From contig JBBIQR010000002.1 in assembly GCA_037442245.1 (NCBI GenBank), positions 2,727-66,726 of the forward strand: a DNA stretch of 64,000 bases, written 5' to 3'. Within the stretch, counting starts at the first letter, position 1. Every line of letters starts with the position of its first letter. Source of the stretch: Candidatus Solibacter sp. Its GTDB lineage: Bacteria > Acidobacteriota > Terriglobia > Bryobacterales > Bryobacteraceae. Below the pieces are notes generated by a model that did not search any database, had not been told where the DNA came from, and saw only the letters and a program-made list of their open reading frames with translations. This document shows positions 1-8,144 of this stretch, piece by piece. The translations under genes and the position numbers were made by a program.

Positions 1-1817
1 CCTCGGATTTCGAGGTCGCCACCAAGTCCACGGTCGACATCGGATCCGGTTCGGCGACCGGCGTCGCCAACATCGCCACCGCCAACAGCGGGGACGCGGG
101 TGTCGCGACGTTCAATCTGGCCGGCCCGGCTTTTTCCGGGATCCAGTTGAGCGTCAATATTTCCGGCCTCACCACGCCGCAGAGTGTCGCCGACGCCATC
201 AACGCCGCCATCAACGTGGCAGGCAACTCCAATACGGCGTTCCGTGACGCTTCCATCGCGGCGTCCGTGAATACCAACTCCGACGGCACGCAGCAGCTCG
301 CTTTCTCTTCTACCAAGAGCGCCTTCCAGGTCCAGGCTGGCACCAAGACCGCCAACGCGCTGCTCGGCAACTTTCAGACCGGGTCGACCGTCCCGGGCAC
401 GGGCGCCGCTGTGACCGGCACGCTTCTGGGCGCCACGATGACCGCCGCTGGAGCCGCCGGGGCCGAAGCAGTCAAACTCCAGGTCACGCTCAACGGCACC
501 GCTCACCTGTTCAGCGTCACGATCAGCAACAGCGATCCGGTCGCCACCCTGCTGACCGACGTCACCAGCGCCACCGACGGCGGCGGCAGCACGCTGGCTC
601 AGCTCGGCGTCACCGTGACCAACAACGGCGGCAAGCTCCAGTTCGTAAGCCCGGCCGCGACGTCGATGCAGGTGGCCGTCGCCGGCGACCAGAACAACTC
701 GCTCGGGCTGGGCACCTGGCAGGCCGATTTCGCTACCAAGAGCTACGCCGGAACCGTAGCCAGCGGCACGTACGGCGCGGGCACGGCGGTGGTCGAATTC
801 TCCGTCAACGGCGGCGACAAGATCGCGGTCAGCGTCAACACCGCTTCGGCCGCGACCGTAGCCTCCTCGCTCACGAGCGCCATCGCCAACAACGCCACAC
901 TCACCGCGGCGGGCATCACGGCGGCAGCGGGCGTGAGCCTGGCCATCGCCAGCACGACCACCAACTTCCGGGTCAACGTGGCGTCTTCGACGCTGGCCGG
1001 ATTCGACATGCACCTGGGCGGGGCCACCAACGCCGTCGGCACGGCGTCGGTAGCGTACAGCACCGTGCTGCCCACGCAGAGCGACCAGAATGAAGCGTCC
1101 GGGGCGGCGCAGACCGGTCTGGGCGCCAACAACGATGTGTTCAGCTTCTCGAAGCTGGTGAACCAGGGCGATCAGCAGACCCTCAGCTTCAGCGCCATGG
1201 ATTCCACCGGCGCGTTGCAGGCCACCGCCATCACGCTCAATACCACCAACGCAGGGTCGCTCGATGCCGCCATCAGCGCCCTCAACACCCAGTTGCAGAG
1301 CAACTCCACGCTCAAGAACATCGTGGCGGTGAAGGAGATGAATCAGGTGGGTACGGCGGAGGGCATCCGCTTTGTCAGTTCGCTCTCCAACTTCAGCGTG
1401 AAAGTGGGCAACGCGACCAACTTCACCAACGCCAACCCGGTCGGCATGTACGACGGCACTTCCGGGGCGACTTCGAAGCAGGGGGTCACGGTCAACTCCT
1501 CGGCCAGCGGCGCCATGGACATCACCACGATCTCCGGCGCCCAGGAAGCGGTTGTGGCCCTTGGCAGCGCGGTACAGAAGCTGGGTGGCGCGCAGGCCGC
1601 GGTCGGAAAGGGACAGAACCAACTCAACTACGCGATTGGCCTGGCGCAGTCGCAGATTTCCAACTTCAGCGCCGCCGAATCGCGCATCCGCGACGCCGAC
1701 GTGGCCGCCGAAGCCGCCAACCTGACCAAGGCCCAGGTCCTGCAACAGGCCTCGATGGCCGCGATGGCACAGGCCAATTCCGCTCCGCAGGCAGTGCTTT
1801 CGCTCCTCAAGGGCTAA
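1..1817 (+). CDS. fliC: Flagellin (giant-flagellin paralog 1), 5' end outside window
   Basis: Frame 3 is open from nt 3 (SDFEVATKSTVDIGSGS...) and collinear with residues ~190-799 of the downstream paralog. Conserved flagellin C-terminal helices are present: GQNQLNYAIGLAQSQISNFSAAESRIRDADVAAEAANLTKAQVLQQASMAAMAQANSAPQAVLSLLKG. Stop TAA 1815-1817. The track start at 147 is an internal TTG. Confidence 0.9.
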   Translation, partial: SDFEVATKSTVDIGSGSATGVANIATANSGDAGVATFNLAGPAFSGIQLSVNISGLTTPQSVADAINAAINVAGNSNTAFRDASIAASVNTNSDGTQQLAFSSTKSAFQVQAGTKTANALLGNFQTGSTVPGTGAAVTGTLLGATMTAAGAAGAEAVKLQVTLNGTAHLFSVTISNSDPVATLLTDVTSATDGGGSTLAQLGVTVTNNGGKLQFVSPAATSMQVAVAGDQNNSLGLGTWQADFATKSYAGTVASGTYGAGTAVVEFSVNGGDKIAVSVNTASAATVASSLTSAIANNATLTAAGITAAAGVSLAIASTTTNFRVNVASSTLAGFDMHLGGATNAVGTASVAYSTVLPTQSDQNEASGAAQTGLGANNDVFSFSKLVNQGDQQTLSFSAMDSTGALQATAITLNTTNAGSLDAAISALNTQLQSNSTLKNIVAVKEMNQVGTAEGIRFVSSLSNFSVKVGNATNFTNANPVGMYDGTSGATSKQGVTVNSSASGAMDITTISGAQEAVVALGSAVQKLGGAQAAVGKGQNQLNYAIGLAQSQISNFSAAESRIRDADVAAEAANLTKAQVLQQASMAAMAQANSAPQAVLSLLKG

Positions 1818-1826
1818 TCGAACCAA

Positions 1827-1866
1827 GCCTGGGCCTGCCCCCCGCCGGCCCAGGCGTCTTTCCTTC
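1827..1866 (+). terminator. Putative rho-independent terminator after flagellin 1
   Basis: GC-rich inverted repeat gcctgggcc (1827-1835) / ggcccaggc (1847-1855), followed by the T-rich tract gtctttccttct. Confidence 0.5.
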
Positions 1867-1918
1867 TGACTTCTGACTTCTGACTTCTGACTTCTAGCCT
1901 CTAGCTCCCAGCTCCTCC
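1863..1918. repeat. Degenerating tandem heptamer array (cttctga x4, then cttctag, cctctag, ctcccag, ctcctcc)
   Basis: Direct reading of 1863-1918: four perfect 7-nt units followed by four progressively diverged units. Lies in the flagellin-flagellin intergenic region, immediately upstream of the sigma-28-like promoter. Confidence 0.85.
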
Positions 1919-1927
1919 CCCTCCGAT

Positions 1928-1954
1928 TCAAGTTTTCCTCCACCCACCCGATAA
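1928..1954 (+). promoter_or_regulatory. Sigma-28 (FliA)-type promoter of flagellin 2
   Basis: TCAAGTTT (1928-1935) - 11 nt - CCCGATAA (1947-1954), against the FliA consensus TAAAGTTT-N11-GCCGATAA. Located about 50 nt upstream of ATG 2006. SD AAGGA at 1994-1998. Confidence 0.7.
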
Positions 1955-2005
1955 GTCCAGTTGAATCCGGCAAGATGCCGGAGCGAACCACGAAAGGATT
2001 TCACC

Positions 2006-4360
2006 ATGTCGTTTTCGATTCAAACCAACGTCAACTCTCTCATCGCGCAGGAGAACCTGCGCGTCAACACCAACTTCCAGAACCAGACGATCCAGCGCCT
2101 GACCAGCGGTTACCGGATCAACTCCTCGGGCGACGACGCGGCCGGCCTGGCCATCGCCAACCAATTCCGCAGCGACACGGCGGAATTGACGCAGGGCGTG
2201 CGTAACGCCAACGATGGCGTGGCGCAGTTGCAGATCATGGACGGCGGCATGAACAACATCAGCAAGATGCTCGACCGCCTCAAGACTCTGGCGACGCAAT
2301 CGGCTTCGAGCACGTACACCGGCGATCGCAGCGTGCTGAACAGCGAGTATCAGACGCTGGTCACGGAAATCGACCGCCAGGCGCAGTCCATCGGGCTGGC
2401 CACGGGCGGGCACTTCGCGGCCAGCATGGGGGTGTACATCGGCGGCGGTGTGAACGCGGCCGGTGTCGCCGACACGGGCAACGGCACGGTGACCTTGAAT
2501 CTGGCCAACTCGGTGGTGGATTCGAAGGCGCTCGGCCTGCGCACGTCGGACTTCGAAGTCGCCACCGCGGCGGGAACCGATATCGGGGCCGGCTCGACCA
2601 CCAGTGTCGCGGCCATCGCAGCGAACTCTTCCAACGGCGGCACGGTCGCGACCTTCAATCTCTCCGGATCGGGATTCTCCGGCGTCCAGTTGAACGTCGA
2701 TATCGCCGGTCTGTCCACCCCGCAGAACGTGGCCGATAAGATCAACGCCGCGATCGCGGTTGCAGGCAACGCCAACACCAACTTCCGCGGCGCCGCGATC
2801 AGCGCGTCGGTCAAGACCAACTCCGACGGCACGCAGCAGCTCGTTTTCGCGTCCACCGGCAGCGCCTTCCAGGTTCAGGCGGGGTCCAAGACCGCCAACG
2901 CGCTGCTCGGTAACTTCCAGACCGGCGCGACCTCGCCCGGCACCGGAGCCGATGTCACCGGCACGTTCCTGGGGGCTACCATGACCGCGGCGAGCGCTTC
3001 CGGAGCCGAAGCCGTCAAACTCCAGGTCACGCTCAACGGCACGGCCCACCTGTTCAGCGTCACGATCGCCAACAGCGATCCGGTCGCCACCCTGCTCACC
3101 GACGTGACCAGCGCGGTCGATGGCGGCGGCAAGACTCTGGCCCAGAACGGCGTTACCGTCACCAACAACGGCGGCAAACTGCAGTTCGTCGGCCCGGCGG
3201 CGACCTCCATGCAGATTGCGGTCGCCGGCGACCAGAACAACTCGCTCGGGCTGGGCACCTGGCAGGCCGATTTCGCTACCAAGAGCTACGCCGGAACCGT
3301 AGCCAGCGGCACGTACGGCGCGGGCACGGCGGTGGTCGAATTCTCCGTCAACGGCGGCGACAAGATCGCGGTCAGCGTCAACACCGCTTCGGCCGCGACC
3401 GTAGCCTCCTCGCTCACGAGCGCCATCGCCAACAACGCCACACTCACCGCGGCGGGCATCACGGCGGCAGCGGGCGTGAGCCTGGCCATCGCCAGCACGA
3501 CCACCAACTTCCGGGTCAACGTGGCGTCTTCGACGCTGGCCGGATTCGACATGCACCTGGGCGGGGCCACCAACGCCGTCGGCACGGCGTCGGTAGCGTA
3601 CAGCACCGTGCTGCCCACGCAGAGCGACCAGAATGAAGCGTCCGGGGCGGCGCAGACCGGTCTGGGCGCCAACCAGGATGTCTTCAGCTTCTCGAAGCTG
3701 GTCAATCTGGGCGATCAACAGACGCTGAGCTTCGGCGCGACCGATGCCACCGGAGCGCTGCAATCGACCTCGATCACGCTCAGCACCACCAACGCGGGGT
3801 CGCTCGATGCCGCCATCAGCGCCATCAACACCCAGTTGCAGAGCAACACCACGCTCAAGAACATCGTGGCGGTGAAGGAGATGAACAAGGCCGGTACGGC
3901 CGAGGGCATCCGCTTCGTCAGTTCGCTCTCGAGCTTCAACGTGAAGGTGGGCAACTCCACGAACTTCACCAACGCCAACCCGGTCGGCATGTACGACGGC
4001 ACTTCCGGGGCGACGTCGAAGCAGGGGGTCACGGTCAACTCCTCGGCCAGTGGCACCCTGGACATCACCACCATCAGCAACGCTCAAACGGCCGTGGTCG
4101 CCCTCGGCAACGCGGTGTCGAAGCTCGGCAGCGCGCAGGCCGCGGTGGGCAAGGGGCAGAACCGGCTCAACTACGCGATTGGCCTGGCACAGTCGCAGAT
4201 TTCCAACTTCAGCGCTGCCGAATCGCGCATCCGCGACGCCGACGTGGCCGCCGAAGCCGCCAACCTCACCAAGGCCCAGGTCCTGCAGCAGGCCTCGATG
4301 GCTGCGATGGCCCAGGCCAACTCCGCTCCTCAGGCAGTACTCACGCTGCTGAGGGGCTAA
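2006..4360 (+). CDS. fliC: Flagellin (giant flagellin, 784 aa)
   Basis: ATG 2006 gives the canonical N-terminus MSFSIQTNVNSLIAQENLRVN...LTSGYRINSSGDDAAGLAIANQFRSD. C-terminus is NRLNYAIGLAQSQISNFSAAESRIRDADVAAEAANLTKAQVLQQASMAAMAQANSAPQAVLTLLRG. A long central region has repeated IN-motif-like modules. The track ORF start 1961 is an upstream in-frame non-ATG codon. Confidence 0.95.
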   Translation: MSFSIQTNVNSLIAQENLRVNTNFQNQTIQRLTSGYRINSSGDDAAGLAIANQFRSDTAELTQGVRNANDGVAQLQIMDGGMNNISKMLDRLKTLATQSASSTYTGDRSVLNSEYQTLVTEIDRQAQSIGLATGGHFAASMGVYIGGGVNAAGVADTGNGTVTLNLANSVVDSKALGLRTSDFEVATAAGTDIGAGSTTSVAAIAANSSNGGTVATFNLSGSGFSGVQLNVDIAGLSTPQNVADKINAAIAVAGNANTNFRGAAISASVKTNSDGTQQLVFASTGSAFQVQAGSKTANALLGNFQTGATSPGTGADVTGTFLGATMTAASASGAEAVKLQVTLNGTAHLFSVTIANSDPVATLLTDVTSAVDGGGKTLAQNGVTVTNNGGKLQFVGPAATSMQIAVAGDQNNSLGLGTWQADFATKSYAGTVASGTYGAGTAVVEFSVNGGDKIAVSVNTASAATVASSLTSAIANNATLTAAGITAAAGVSLAIASTTTNFRVNVASSTLAGFDMHLGGATNAVGTASVAYSTVLPTQSDQNEASGAAQTGLGANQDVFSFSKLVNLGDQQTLSFGATDATGALQSTSITLSTTNAGSLDAAISAINTQLQSNTTLKNIVAVKEMNKAGTAEGIRFVSSLSSFNVKVGNSTNFTNANPVGMYDGTSGATSKQGVTVNSSASGTLDITTISNAQTAVVALGNAVSKLGSAQAAVGKGQNRLNYAIGLAQSQISNFSAAESRIRDADVAAEAANLTKAQVLQQASMAAMAQANSAPQAVLTLLRG

Positions 4361-4374
4361 CCGCAACCCTGACC

Positions 4375-4410
4375 CCGGCGGGAGGGGCGACTCTCCCGCC
4401 GGCCGATTTT
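4375..4410 (+). terminator. Rho-independent terminator after flagellin 2
   Basis: Perfect 10-bp stem ccggcgggag (4375-4384) / ctcccgccgg (4393-4402), 8-nt loop, then ccgatttt. Confidence 0.7.
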
Positions 4411-4424
4411 CGCCCGACGGGGGC

Positions 4425-4452
4425 TAAAGTTCCGGGCCGAACCTGACGAATA
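4425..4452 (+). promoter_or_regulatory. Putative sigma-28-type promoter of fliD
   Basis: TAAAGTTC (4425-4432) - 12 nt - GACGAATA (4445-4452). The -35 is near-perfect and the -10 matches 5/8 to GCCGATAA. Located 25 nt upstream of ATG 4477. Confidence 0.45.
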
Positions 4453-4476
4453 GTCTGTTCGGCCCTGGAGTCGTTT

Positions 4477-5808
4477 ATGTCCACTTCCACCAGCGCGATT
4501 TTCAGCGGCAACAGCCGCTACTCCTCGGATTTCCAGGCGGTCATCGACCGCTCCGTCGCCATCGCCTCCCTGCCGATTACGGCGATGAACAACGAAAAAA
4601 CGGCCCTCACCAGCCAGACGACGGCGCTGAACGACCTGCAAACCAAGTTCACCGCGCTGCAATCGGCGGTCAACGGCATTTCGACCGCCCTGAGCGGGTC
4701 CTCCTTCCAGGCCACGGTCTCGGATCCCACGAAGGTTTCGGTCACGCTGGGCGATGGCGCCCTCGAAGGCAACTACTCGATCCAGGTGCTGGACGCCGGG
4801 GCTTATGCGACCAGCCTCAGTACGGCTACCTGGACCACCGATACCGCCACCCACACTTACCAACTCTCCCTCGGCGGCACGACTTACAGCCTCTCCCCGG
4901 CCGACAACTCCTCCGCCAGCGTCGCCGCCGCCATCAATACGCAATATGGCGACAAGGTGAGGGCCACGGTGGTCAACGTGGGTAGCGGCGCCAGTCCCGA
5001 TTACCGCATCTCCCTGCAAGCTTCCACCCTGGGCGCCCTCACTCCCGACATCCTCGATAACGGCGCCAGCCTGCAAAACCAGCAGACCGCCGGCGTACAG
5101 GCCCACTACATCGTCAACGGTTCGGGCAAGGACGTTTACAGTTCCACCCGCACGGTCACGGTCGCCACCGGCATCACCCTGAACCTGCTGGCCAGTTCGG
5201 CCGGCACCCCGACCAACATCACGGTCACCCGTTCGACGTCCGCCCTCAGCACCGCCCTCTCCACCTTTGCGGACGCCTACAACGCGGCCGGCAACGCACT
5301 CGATCAGCAGCGCGGACAAACCGCCGGGGCGCTCTCCGGACAGTCCATCGTCACCGACTTGCAGGAGGTGCTGCGCAGTCTGGCCACCTACACTACTTCG
5401 GGCGCTGTCGGCAACCTCGCGGCCCTGGGTCTGGAACTGGACCAGAACGGCAAGATGAGCTTCAACTCCTTCTCGCTCATGGGGGCGGATCTGGGTAATT
5501 CCTCCGGGGTGACGGCCTTCCTCGGCAGTTCCAGCAGCGGCTTCCTGCAAGCCGCGACCAACGCCATGAACTCCGTCGAAGATACCACCACGGGGCTCAT
5601 TCCCACGGCTCAGGCCAGTATCACGAGCCAGTCTTCGCACCTGGATCAATCCATCGCGGACCAGCAGTCCCGCGTGGATGCCATGAAGACGCAATTGACC
5701 CAGCAGATCTCCTCGGCCGACGCCCTGATCGCGTCCATGGAGCAGCAGTACAACTACCTCTACGGCCTGTTCTCCGCGATGCAGACCGCCAACCAGCCGT
5801 ACAAGTGA
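4477..5808 (+). CDS. fliD: Flagellar filament capping protein FliD (hook-associated protein 2)
   Basis: N-terminal region SGNSRYSSDFQAVIDRSVAIASLPITAMNNEKTALTSQTTALNDLQTKFTALQSAV. C-terminal coiled coil ITSQSSHLDQSIADQQSRVDAMKTQLTQQISSADALIASMEQQYNYLYGLFSAM. Synteny directly after the flagellin genes. Confidence 0.9.
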   Translation: MSTSTSAIFSGNSRYSSDFQAVIDRSVAIASLPITAMNNEKTALTSQTTALNDLQTKFTALQSAVNGISTALSGSSFQATVSDPTKVSVTLGDGALEGNYSIQVLDAGAYATSLSTATWTTDTATHTYQLSLGGTTYSLSPADNSSASVAAAINTQYGDKVRATVVNVGSGASPDYRISLQASTLGALTPDILDNGASLQNQQTAGVQAHYIVNGSGKDVYSSTRTVTVATGITLNLLASSAGTPTNITVTRSTSALSTALSTFADAYNAAGNALDQQRGQTAGALSGQSIVTDLQEVLRSLATYTTSGAVGNLAALGLELDQNGKMSFNSFSLMGADLGNSSGVTAFLGSSSSGFLQAATNAMNSVEDTTTGLIPTAQASITSQSSHLDQSIADQQSRVDAMKTQLTQQISSADALIASMEQQYNYLYGLFSAMQTANQPYK

Positions 5809-5816
5809 GGACCAGC

Positions 5817-6098
5817 ATGAATCAGCCCGATACCATCCGCCAGGCCATCGCGCGCGGCGATTACCCGGCAACCCTCGAAGCCTGGCAGAGCTACACCGCC
5901 ACGCTCGAAAGCGAACTCCGCACGGGCGCGCTGCCGGACACCGCGTGGGGCGAATTCGAGAGGCTGTACCGGTGGTGCCGGGAGGTCCTGCTGTGCGCCC
6001 GCGCCCACGCCACTCTCCGTCTCAACGTCCTGCACGCGGCCGGCGCCTACGCCCCGGCCCCCGCCACCCGCTCCCCCATCCTGCGCAAAGACCTCTAA
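5817..6098 (+). CDS. Small hypothetical protein downstream of fliD (93 aa)
   Basis: ATG 5817 preceded by SD GAGGA (5807-5811). Helical-looking sequence (IRQAIARGDYPATLEAWQSYTATLESELRTG...). No recognisable FliS or FliT signature by eye. Coding status rests on position and the SD only. Confidence 0.4.
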   Translation: MNQPDTIRQAIARGDYPATLEAWQSYTATLESELRTGALPDTAWGEFERLYRWCREVLLCARAHATLRLNVLHAAGAYAPAPATRSPILRKDL

Positions 6099-6125
6099 AG
6101 GCGGGGATCTCCCTCTTTGGTGCCT

Positions 6126-6137
6126 GCAAACGTTTGC
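6126..6137. promoter_or_regulatory. Perfect 12-bp palindrome GCAAACGTTTGC, LacI/GalR-type operator candidate
   Basis: GCAAAC|GTTTGC lies 33 nt upstream of the LacI-family start codon (6170). It matches the central AANCGNTT core typical of LacI-family operators. Confidence 0.6.
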
Positions 6138-6169
6138 CGCATCCCGATCCGCGCGTTATACTGCCTCTC

Positions 6170-7180
6170 ATGCCGGTGACCATTAAGGACGTCGCCCGGG
6201 AATCGGGGGTAAACGTGTCCACCGTGTCCCGCGCCCTCAACGGGGAATACGGAGTCCATACGGAAACTCGAGAAATGGTGGCTGCCGTCGCGCGCCGCCT
6301 CGGCTATCGTCCCAACCGCGTGGCACGCGGCCTGGTGACCGGCCGCTCCCACACCCTGGCGCTGGTCGTCAGCGATATCCGCAACCACTTCTTCGCCGAA
6401 GTCGCCCGCGGAGCCGAGGACGCCGCCTGCCGCGCCGCCCACGACCTGATTCTCTGCAACAGCGATCTGGACCCCGATAAGCAGACCCGCTACCTCCAGT
6501 CGCTGCTGGAAAAGCGCGTCGATGGGATCCTGATCAACTCCGTCGCGGTGCTCAGCAAGACCCAGCAGGAACAACTCGCCGCGATGGATGTCGCGATTGT
6601 CCTGCTCAACCGGACCGCTCCGCGCGGCGCCTTCTCCAGCGTCTGCGCGGACAACCGCCGCGGCGGCAAACTCGCCGCCGAGTACCTGCTCGGGCTCGGC
6701 CACCGCCATATCGCGCACCTCACCGGTCCCCGCCATCACGGCAATATGACCGACCGCGCCCGCGGCTTCATCCGCGCCCTGGTCACGGCCCCGCGCCCGG
6801 TCGACCCGATCGTCATTTACGGCCGCAACGATTTCACCGGCGGCTACGAAATGGGGCGTGAACTTCTCGCCCGGCACCCCGGCGCGACCGCGGTTTTCGC
6901 TGCCAGCGATGCCATGGCCTTCGGCGCCATGCGCGCGTTCACCGAGGCCGGCCGCCACATCCCCGACGACGTTTCCGTGGTCGGCTTTGACGATACCGAA
7001 CTTGCCGCCATCGTCAACCCGTCGCTCACCACCATCTACCAGCCGAAATACGAAATCGGCGAAGCCGCGGTCGAGATTTTGCTGCGCCACGCCGGGCGCA
7101 ACAAGAACCTGCCTCCGGAACACCGCGTTTTCGACGTCCGTCTGGTGGAGCGCCAATCCTGCAAGCCCGCCGCCCGATGA
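6170..7180 (+). CDS. LacI-family transcriptional regulator
   Basis: ATG 6170 gives the N-terminal HTH MPVTIKDVARESGVNVSTVSRALNG. This is followed by a periplasmic-binding-protein-like sugar-binding fold (ALVVSDIRNHFF..., VVGFDDTELAAIVNPSLTTI). The upstream part of the track ORF (from 5945) is Arg/Pro-rich, non-coding-looking sequence. Confidence 0.9.
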   Translation: MPVTIKDVARESGVNVSTVSRALNGEYGVHTETREMVAAVARRLGYRPNRVARGLVTGRSHTLALVVSDIRNHFFAEVARGAEDAACRAAHDLILCNSDLDPDKQTRYLQSLLEKRVDGILINSVAVLSKTQQEQLAAMDVAIVLLNRTAPRGAFSSVCADNRRGGKLAAEYLLGLGHRHIAHLTGPRHHGNMTDRARGFIRALVTAPRPVDPIVIYGRNDFTGGYEMGRELLARHPGATAVFAASDAMAFGAMRAFTEAGRHIPDDVSVVGFDDTELAAIVNPSLTTIYQPKYEIGEAAVEILLRHAGRNKNLPPEHRVFDVRLVERQSCKPAAR

Positions 7181-7207
7181 CGCCGGTTTCACAGGGAGAC
7201 GCGCCCT

Positions 7208-8128
7208 ATGCGTGACGCCATCGCGCGCAACTACGCGCGGATCCGGCCGTACCTGCGGCGCACTCCGGTGGTCACCGTGGACGCCGCCGATTTCGGACTC
7301 CCACCCTCGCCGCTCTCCCTCAAGCTCGAGTTGATGCAGTACACCGGCTCCTTCAAGCCTCGCGGCGCCCTGACCCATCTGCTCACCCGTCCCGTGCCCG
7401 CCGCCGGGGTGGTCGCGGCTTCCGGCGGCAATCACGGGGTCGCCGTCGCCTGGGCCGCGATGCGCACCGGCCACCCGGCCCGCATCTTCGTCCCCGCAGT
7501 CGCTTCGCCCGCCAAGATGGATCGCATCCGCTCCTACGGCGCAAGCCTTACGGTCACGGGGGAGCGTTACCACGACGCCCTCGTTGCCAGCGAGCGCTTC
7601 GCGGCCGAATCCGGCGCCATGAGCGTCCACGCCTACGACCAGCCGGAAACCATCCTCGGCCAGGGCAGCACCGGCCTGGAGTTTGAAGAGCAGGACCCTG
7701 ACCTCGACACCCTCCTGGTGGCTTGCGGAGGCGGCGGCCTGATCGGCGGTGTCGCCGCCTGGTATCAGGGACGCGTGCGCATCACCGGCGTCGAACCCGC
7801 CGCCGCCCCCACGCTTTACCGCGCGCTGGCCGCCGGGTGCCCGGTCGATTGCGAAGCCGGCGGCATTGCGGCCGATTCCCTCGCCCCCAAACGCGTCGGC
7901 GCGCTCATGTTCCCGATCGCCCAAAAGTGGGTCGAGCGGGTCCTGCTGGTCACCGACGACGAGATCCGGGCCGCGCAGACCGCCCTCTGGGACACGCTCC
8001 GCATCGTCGCCGAACCGGGTGGCGCCGCCGCGTTCGCCGCGGTCCTCGCCGGCCGCTACACGCCCGCGCCCGGCGAACGCACGGGAATTCTCGTCTGCGG
8101 CGCCAACACCACCGCGGTCAAATTCTGA
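7208..8128 (+). CDS. PLP-dependent serine/threonine dehydratase family protein
   Basis: PLP-lysine motif TGSFKPRGA, phosphate-binding loop ASGGNHG, and a fold-type II (Trp-synthase beta-like) layout. 306 aa with no ACT regulatory domain. Confidence 0.75.
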   Translation: MRDAIARNYARIRPYLRRTPVVTVDAADFGLPPSPLSLKLELMQYTGSFKPRGALTHLLTRPVPAAGVVAASGGNHGVAVAWAAMRTGHPARIFVPAVASPAKMDRIRSYGASLTVTGERYHDALVASERFAAESGAMSVHAYDQPETILGQGSTGLEFEEQDPDLDTLLVACGGGGLIGGVAAWYQGRVRITGVEPAAAPTLYRALAAGCPVDCEAGGIAADSLAPKRVGALMFPIAQKWVERVLLVTDDEIRAAQTALWDTLRIVAEPGGAAAFAAVLAGRYTPAPGERTGILVCGANTTAVKF

Positions 8129-8144
8129 AAGCTAACCGCGCGAC

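Noticed and set aside
1928-4366. Very long antisense or alternative-frame ORFs throughout the window. Examples: 1928-4366(-), 4357-5871(-), 6095-7924(-), 10739-12331(+), 17747-20053(-), 20266-21774(-), 33138-36722(-), 41734-43686(-), 43862-46021(+), 46018-49263(+), 50891-53281(-), 60557-62179(-).
   Set aside because: Their translations are Arg/Gly/Ala/Pro/His-rich and of low complexity. Each lies opposite, or out of frame to, a gene with clear family motifs. Stop-codon-poor shadow frames are expected in DNA of about 65% G+C.
5945-6169. N-terminal extensions proposed by the ORF track for several genes: LacI from 5945, propeller from 20263, M20 from 60296, TPR/OM protein from 28450, cytochrome from 49274, lpxA from 32277, DUF4136 from 41737, OMF from 37174.
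   Set aside because: The extensions are Arg/Pro-rich, overlap upstream genes, and precede obvious signal peptides or canonical N-termini. I chose internal ATG/GTG starts instead.
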